Source: Hydrurus foetidus (Eukaryota). Taken from it: a stretch of 64,000 nucleotides of DNA. The stretch spans positions 1 through 64,000 of the forward strand of contig UYFQ01000023.1 of NCBI GenBank assembly GCA_900617105.1. Direction: 5' to 3'. The notes beneath the pieces were generated by a model, which was not told the origin of the DNA, searched no databases, and saw only the letters and a list, made by a program, of their open reading frames with translations. A program made the translations under genes and the position numbers. Shown in pieces: positions 60,118 to 64,000 of this stretch (position 1 is the first letter of the stretch; the number at the start of each line of letters is the position of its first letter).

Positions 60118-63100
60118 TTAAGCCACCAATTGCGCGTGCATCTCTTGCACCGAAATCACATCCAGCTTGTCCAGGTACTTCATGCCTTCCACCGCAGCCT
60201 CAGCACCTGCAATCGTGGTGAAAGTCGTGACCCGTGCCAAAAGCGACGAGGTACGGATTTGACGTGAATCAGCAATCGCGTTACGGCGCTCTTCCACAGT
60301 GTTGATGACCAGCACAATCTCGTTGTTCTTGATCATGTCCACCACGTGCGGGCGGCCTTCGGTGACCTTGTTCACGGTCTTGCAAGGGATGCCCGCAGCG
60401 GTAATGGCCGCAGCCGTGCCTTTGGTGGCAACCACTTCAAAATTCATAGCAGTCAACGCTCGTGCTACTTCAACAGCACGTGGTTTGTCGTTGTTTTTGA
60501 CGGTCAAGAAGGCTTTGCCCGACGATGTGCCATCCGCCTTATTGGGCTGAGGCAATTTCGTGCCTGCACCCAGTTGGGATTTGACGAAAGCCTCACCAAA
60601 GGTCTTACCCACGCCCATCACCTCACCGGTGGATTTCATCTCAGGCCCGAGGATGGTGTCCACGCCAGGGAACTTGACGAACGGGAACACCGCTTCTTTG
60701 ACGCTGAAATACGGAGGATTCACCTCAGCCGTGATGCCTTGCGAGGCCAGCGTCTGACCGACCATGCAGCGTGCCGCCACCTTGGCCAACTGCACGCCGG
60801 TCGCCTTGCTGACGAAGGGCACGGTACGCGATGCGCGGGGGTTGACCTCCAGCACATAAATCACGTCTTTGCCATCGCGGTTTTGAATGGCGAACTGCAC
60901 GTTCATCAAGCCCACCACGTTCAAAGCCTGGGCCATTGCGGCGGTCTGGCGTTTGATTTCAGTGACTGTTTCAGCGGACAGCGAATACGGTGGCAGCGAG
61001 CAGGCTGAATCGCCACTGTGGACGCCCGCTTGCTCGATGTGCTCCATCACGCCGCCGATGAAGGTTTTGCCTTCCACGTCACGCACACAGTCCACATCAG
61101 ACTCGATCGCGTCGTTCAAGAAGCGGTCAAGCAGCACCGGGGAATCGTGCGATACCTTGACGGCTTCGCGCATGTAGCGCTCCAGGTCACGCTGCTCATG
61201 GACGATTTCCATCGCGCGGCCACCCAGCACGTAGCTGGGGCGCACCACCAGCGGGTAGCCCAGGGAAGAGGCTTTCTCCAGAGCTTCCGGCTCGGTGCGG
61301 GCCGTGGCGTTGGGCGGCTGCTTGAGGCCTAGCTCGCGCAACAAGGTCGAGAAGCGTTCGCGGTCTTCGGCAGCGTCGATCATGTCCGGGCTGGTGCCGA
61401 TGATGGGCACGCCGTTGGCTTCCAGGTCGAGCGCGAGCTTGAGGGGCGTTTGACCGCCGTACTGCACGATCACGCCGAGTGGTTTTTCTTTGTCCACGAT
61501 TTCCAGCACGTCTTCGAGCGTCAATGGCTCAAAGTACAGGCGGTCGCTGGTGTCGTAGTCGGTAGAAACCGTCTCAGGGTTGCAGTTGACCATGATGGTC
61601 TCGTAGCCGTCTTCGCGCATGGCGAGCGCGGCATGGACGCAGCAGTAGTCGAACTCGATGCCCTGCCCGATGCGGTTCGGGCCACCGCCCAGCACCATGA
61701 TTTTTTTGTTGTTGCTGGGTGCAGCTTCGCACTCACCACCCGCAAATCCGTCGCCGTGGCCTTCGTATGTGGAGTACATGTAGGCGGTGTTGGTGGCGAA
61801 TTCGGCGGCGCAGGTGTCCACGCGCTTGTAGACCGGACGCACACCCAAGGCTTTGCGGGCATTGCGCACAGCGGTGTCGCTGGTTTTGAGCAACTTGGCC
61901 AAGCGGCGGTCAGAGAAACCTTTTTTCTTCAAGGCGCGCAACGTGGTGGCGTTCAGTGCAGCCAGCGCTTGATCGCCCTTCTCGACAGCCAGTTGGTCCA
62001 TTTCCAACTCTAGCTTGATGATTTGCTCGATCTGCACCAAGAACCATTTGTCGATCTTGGTGATGTCGTACACCTCGTCCAGCGTCCAGCCGGAGGCAAA
62101 GGCATCACCCACGTACCAAATGCGGTCAGGGCCAGGCGCACCCAGTTCTTTTTCCAGCACTTCGCGGTCTTGGGTTTTTTCGTTCATACCGTCCACGCCG
62201 ACTTCCAGGCCGCGCAGGGCTTTTTGGAACGACTCTTGGAAGGTACGGCCCATCGCCATCACTTCACCAACCGACTTCATTTGCGTGGTCAGACGCGAAT
62301 CGGCAGTGGGGAATTTCTCAAACGCAAAACGTGGAATCTTGGTGACCACGTAGTCGATGCTGGGCTCGAAACTGGCCGGTGTAGCACCGCCCGTGATGTC
62401 GTTGCGCAACTCGTCCAGCGTATAGCCAATCGCCAACTTGGCCGCGACCTTGGCAATCGGAAAGCCCGTGGCTTTAGAGGCCAGCGCAGAAGAACGCGAC
62501 ACACGCGGGTTCATCTCAATCACTACCATGCGACCATCGACCGGGTTGATGGAGAACTGCACGTTAGAACCGCCGGTGTCAACGCCAATTTCACGCAACA
62601 CTGCCAGCGAGGCATTGCGCAGGATTTGGTATTCCTTGTCGGTCAGTGTTTGCGCTGGGGCCACGGTGATCGAGTCACCGGTGTGGACGCCCATCGGGTC
62701 TAGATTTTCAATCGAGCACACGATGATGCAGTTGTCCGCTTTGTCGCGCACCACTTCCATCTCGTACTCTTTCCAACCCAAGAGCGACTCTTCAATCAGC
62801 AACTCGTTGGTGGGTGAGGCTTCCAAGCCACGCTTGCAAATCGTCTCGAATTCCTCGGCGTTGTAGGCGATACCACCGCCCGTGCCACCCAAAGTGAAGC
62901 TGGGGCGAATGACGGTGGGGAAGCCCAAGGTTTTTTGCACAACCCAGGCTTCGTCCATCGTGTGCGCAATACCAGAGCGGGCTGAACCCAGACCGATTTT
63001 GGTCATCGCGTCTTTGAACTTCAGGCGGTCTTCGGCTTTGTCGATGGCCTCAGGCGTGGCACCGATCAGCTCAACCTTGTACTTTTCCAGCACGCCGTGG

Positions 63101-63411
63101 TGCCACAAATCCAACGCGCAATTGAGCGCCGTTTGGCCGCCCATCGTGGGCAGGATGGCATCAGGCTTTTCTTTGGCGATGATTTTTTCAACCGTCTGCC
63201 AAGTGATCGGCTCGATGTAGGTCACATCCGCCGTGGCCGGGTCGGTCATGATCGTCGCAGGGTTGCTGTTGATCAAAATGACTTTGTAACCCTCTTCGCG
63301 CAAGGCTTTGCAGGCTTGCACGCCGGAGTAGTCGAACTCACAGGCTTGGCCGATGATGATCGGGCCTGCGCCGATGATGAGGATGGATTTAAGGTCGGTA
63401 CGTTTAGGCAT
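60118..63411 (-). CDS. carB: Carbamoyl-phosphate synthase large subunit
   Basis: [30 protein letters not shown]; duplicated ATP-grasp domains; C-terminal MGS-like domain. Confidence 0.98.
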   Translation of the reverse strand: MPKRTDLKSILIIGAGPIIIGQACEFDYSGVQACKALREEGYKVILINSNPATIMTDPATADVTYIEPITWQTVEKIIAKEKPDAILPTMGGQTALNCALDLWHHGVLEKYKVELIGATPEAIDKAEDRLKFKDAMTKIGLGSARSGIAHTMDEAWVVQKTLGFPTVIRPSFTLGGTGGGIAYNAEEFETICKRGLEASPTNELLIEESLLGWKEYEMEVVRDKADNCIIVCSIENLDPMGVHTGDSITVAPAQTLTDKEYQILRNASLAVLREIGVDTGGSNVQFSINPVDGRMVVIEMNPRVSRSSALASKATGFPIAKVAAKLAIGYTLDELRNDITGGATPASFEPSIDYVVTKIPRFAFEKFPTADSRLTTQMKSVGEVMAMGRTFQESFQKALRGLEVGVDGMNEKTQDREVLEKELGAPGPDRIWYVGDAFASGWTLDEVYDITKIDKWFLVQIEQIIKLELEMDQLAVEKGDQALAALNATTLRALKKKGFSDRRLAKLLKTSDTAVRNARKALGVRPVYKRVDTCAAEFATNTAYMYSTYEGHGDGFAGGECEAAPSNNKKIMVLGGGPNRIGQGIEFDYCCVHAALAMREDGYETIMVNCNPETVSTDYDTSDRLYFEPLTLEDVLEIVDKEKPLGVIVQYGGQTPLKLALDLEANGVPIIGTSPDMIDAAEDRERFSTLLRELGLKQPPNATARTEPEALEKASSLGYPLVVRPSYVLGGRAMEIVHEQRDLERYMREAVKVSHDSPVLLDRFLNDAIESDVDCVRDVEGKTFIGGVMEHIEQAGVHSGDSACSLPPYSLSAETVTEIKRQTAAMAQALNVVGLMNVQFAIQNRDGKDVIYVLEVNPRASRTVPFVSKATGVQLAKVAARCMVGQTLASQGITAEVNPPYFSVKEAVFPFVKFPGVDTILGPEMKSTGEVMGVGKTFGEAFVKSQLGAGTKLPQPNKADGTSSGKAFLTVKNNDKPRAVEVARALTAMNFEVVATKGTAAAITAAGIPCKTVNKVTEGRPHVVDMIKNNEIVLVINTVEERRNAIADSRQIRTSSLLARVTTFTTIAGAEAAVEGMKYLDKLDVISVQEMHAQLVA

Positions 63412-63852
63412 TTACTTCGTTTCTTTCTTCATTTCGTCGTACAGGCTTTGCAGCTTTGCAATATCGCCATCAGCACTGGTCATTTCTAAATCATTGGCTT
63501 TTGCGCTGGCTACATGCGCGATGTCAAACGAGCGTTTGTCTGGCTTATGGCCTTTGCTTACTGAAAACCGCCAGAGATCAGCAGCAAGATTCGCCTCTAT
63601 CGTGCGGATTTCATAATTTTCAAATTGGATTAATACATTGGCCAAAGCATCAAACCTTGGTGATTCTGAAGCAGGCACACCGCGTAAAACCTCATAACGA
63701 ACCAACGGCGTTATGGCCAACATCACGTCTGGGTCAGTCAAAAGACTATTGATTCGCTGTATTGCAGCAGTCTTTGTTGCTGGATCAGATGTACCAGCAT
63801 GGTCAAAGGCTTGAATAATCAAATTAGTATCTAACAGCACACCACGCTTCAT
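63412..63852 (-). CDS. PIN-domain protein
   Basis: LLDTNLI, VRYEVLRG, FDIAHVA, TSADGD; AT-richer than carB. Confidence 0.85.
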   Translation of the reverse strand: MKRGVLLDTNLIIQAFDHAGTSDPATKTAAIQRINSLLTDPDVMLAITPLVRYEVLRGVPASESPRFDALANVLIQFENYEIRTIEANLAADLWRFSVSKGHKPDKRSFDIAHVASAKANDLEMTSADGDIAKLQSLYDEMKKETK

Positions 63853-64000
63853 ACCACTGCACCGTTGTCATTAATCAACGCCAACAGACGCTGCTTGGCC
63901 GACTCTTGAGATTCAGGAGACATGCGCTCGCGCTTTAAGACATTCACATCAACACCAAAGCCTTCACGCAGCACGTCAATCAAGGCTTGCTTATTAGGTG
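63849..64000 (-). CDS. 3' end of a hypothetical ORF translationally coupled to the PIN gene (runs off window)
   Basis: Open frame ...PNKQALIDVLREGFGVDVNVLKRERMSPESQESAKQRLLALINDNGAVV*; ATGA overlap with the PIN start. Confidence 0.6.
   Translation of the reverse strand, partial: PNKQALIDVLREGFGVDVNVLKRERMSPESQESAKQRLLALINDNGAVV

Overview
Chromosomal window from a GC-rich betaproteobacterium; gene content and protein style suggest Comamonadaceae (Rhodoferax-like), which is an inference. From left to right it carries: (1) a phosphate/polyphosphate locus (phoB 5' end, phoU, pstSCAB, ppx, a small membrane ORF, a Lys/Ala/Pro-rich histone-H1-like protein, sixA, ppk1, a DUF2252-like kinase-fold gene) with clear Pho boxes; (2) a vapBC module between ~75-bp direct repeats; (3) a polyol ABC uptake and catabolism operon with AraC regulator and xylB; (4) uppP and a racemase-HK-HD-GYP-binding-protein signalling operon; (5) a LytS/LytTR locus interrupted by an RloA/RloB-type ATPase-TOPRIM defence pair; (6) glnS, and a fadH fused in frame to an NTF2/SnoaL domain with a divergent PadR; (7) an AT-richer islet with a second vapBC and a three-gene J-domain/lipoprotein/J-domain-FliL-like operon, followed by an atypical SRAP; (8) an Fe3+ ABC transporter, ycaO, a lipase-lipoprotein/OmpW pair, an esterase/AraC pair and carB, with a PIN gene abutting the carB start. 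No rRNA, tRNA, CRISPR array, transposase or integrase was seen. The two most striking unexplained signals are a 39-bp fixed-spacing motif (GCTAT-N7-ATAGC-N7-GC-N11-GC) found about 13 times, mostly inside genes, and the membrane-anchored J-domain operon at 44.9-47.1 kb. All calls come from reading motifs by eye; no database searches were run.
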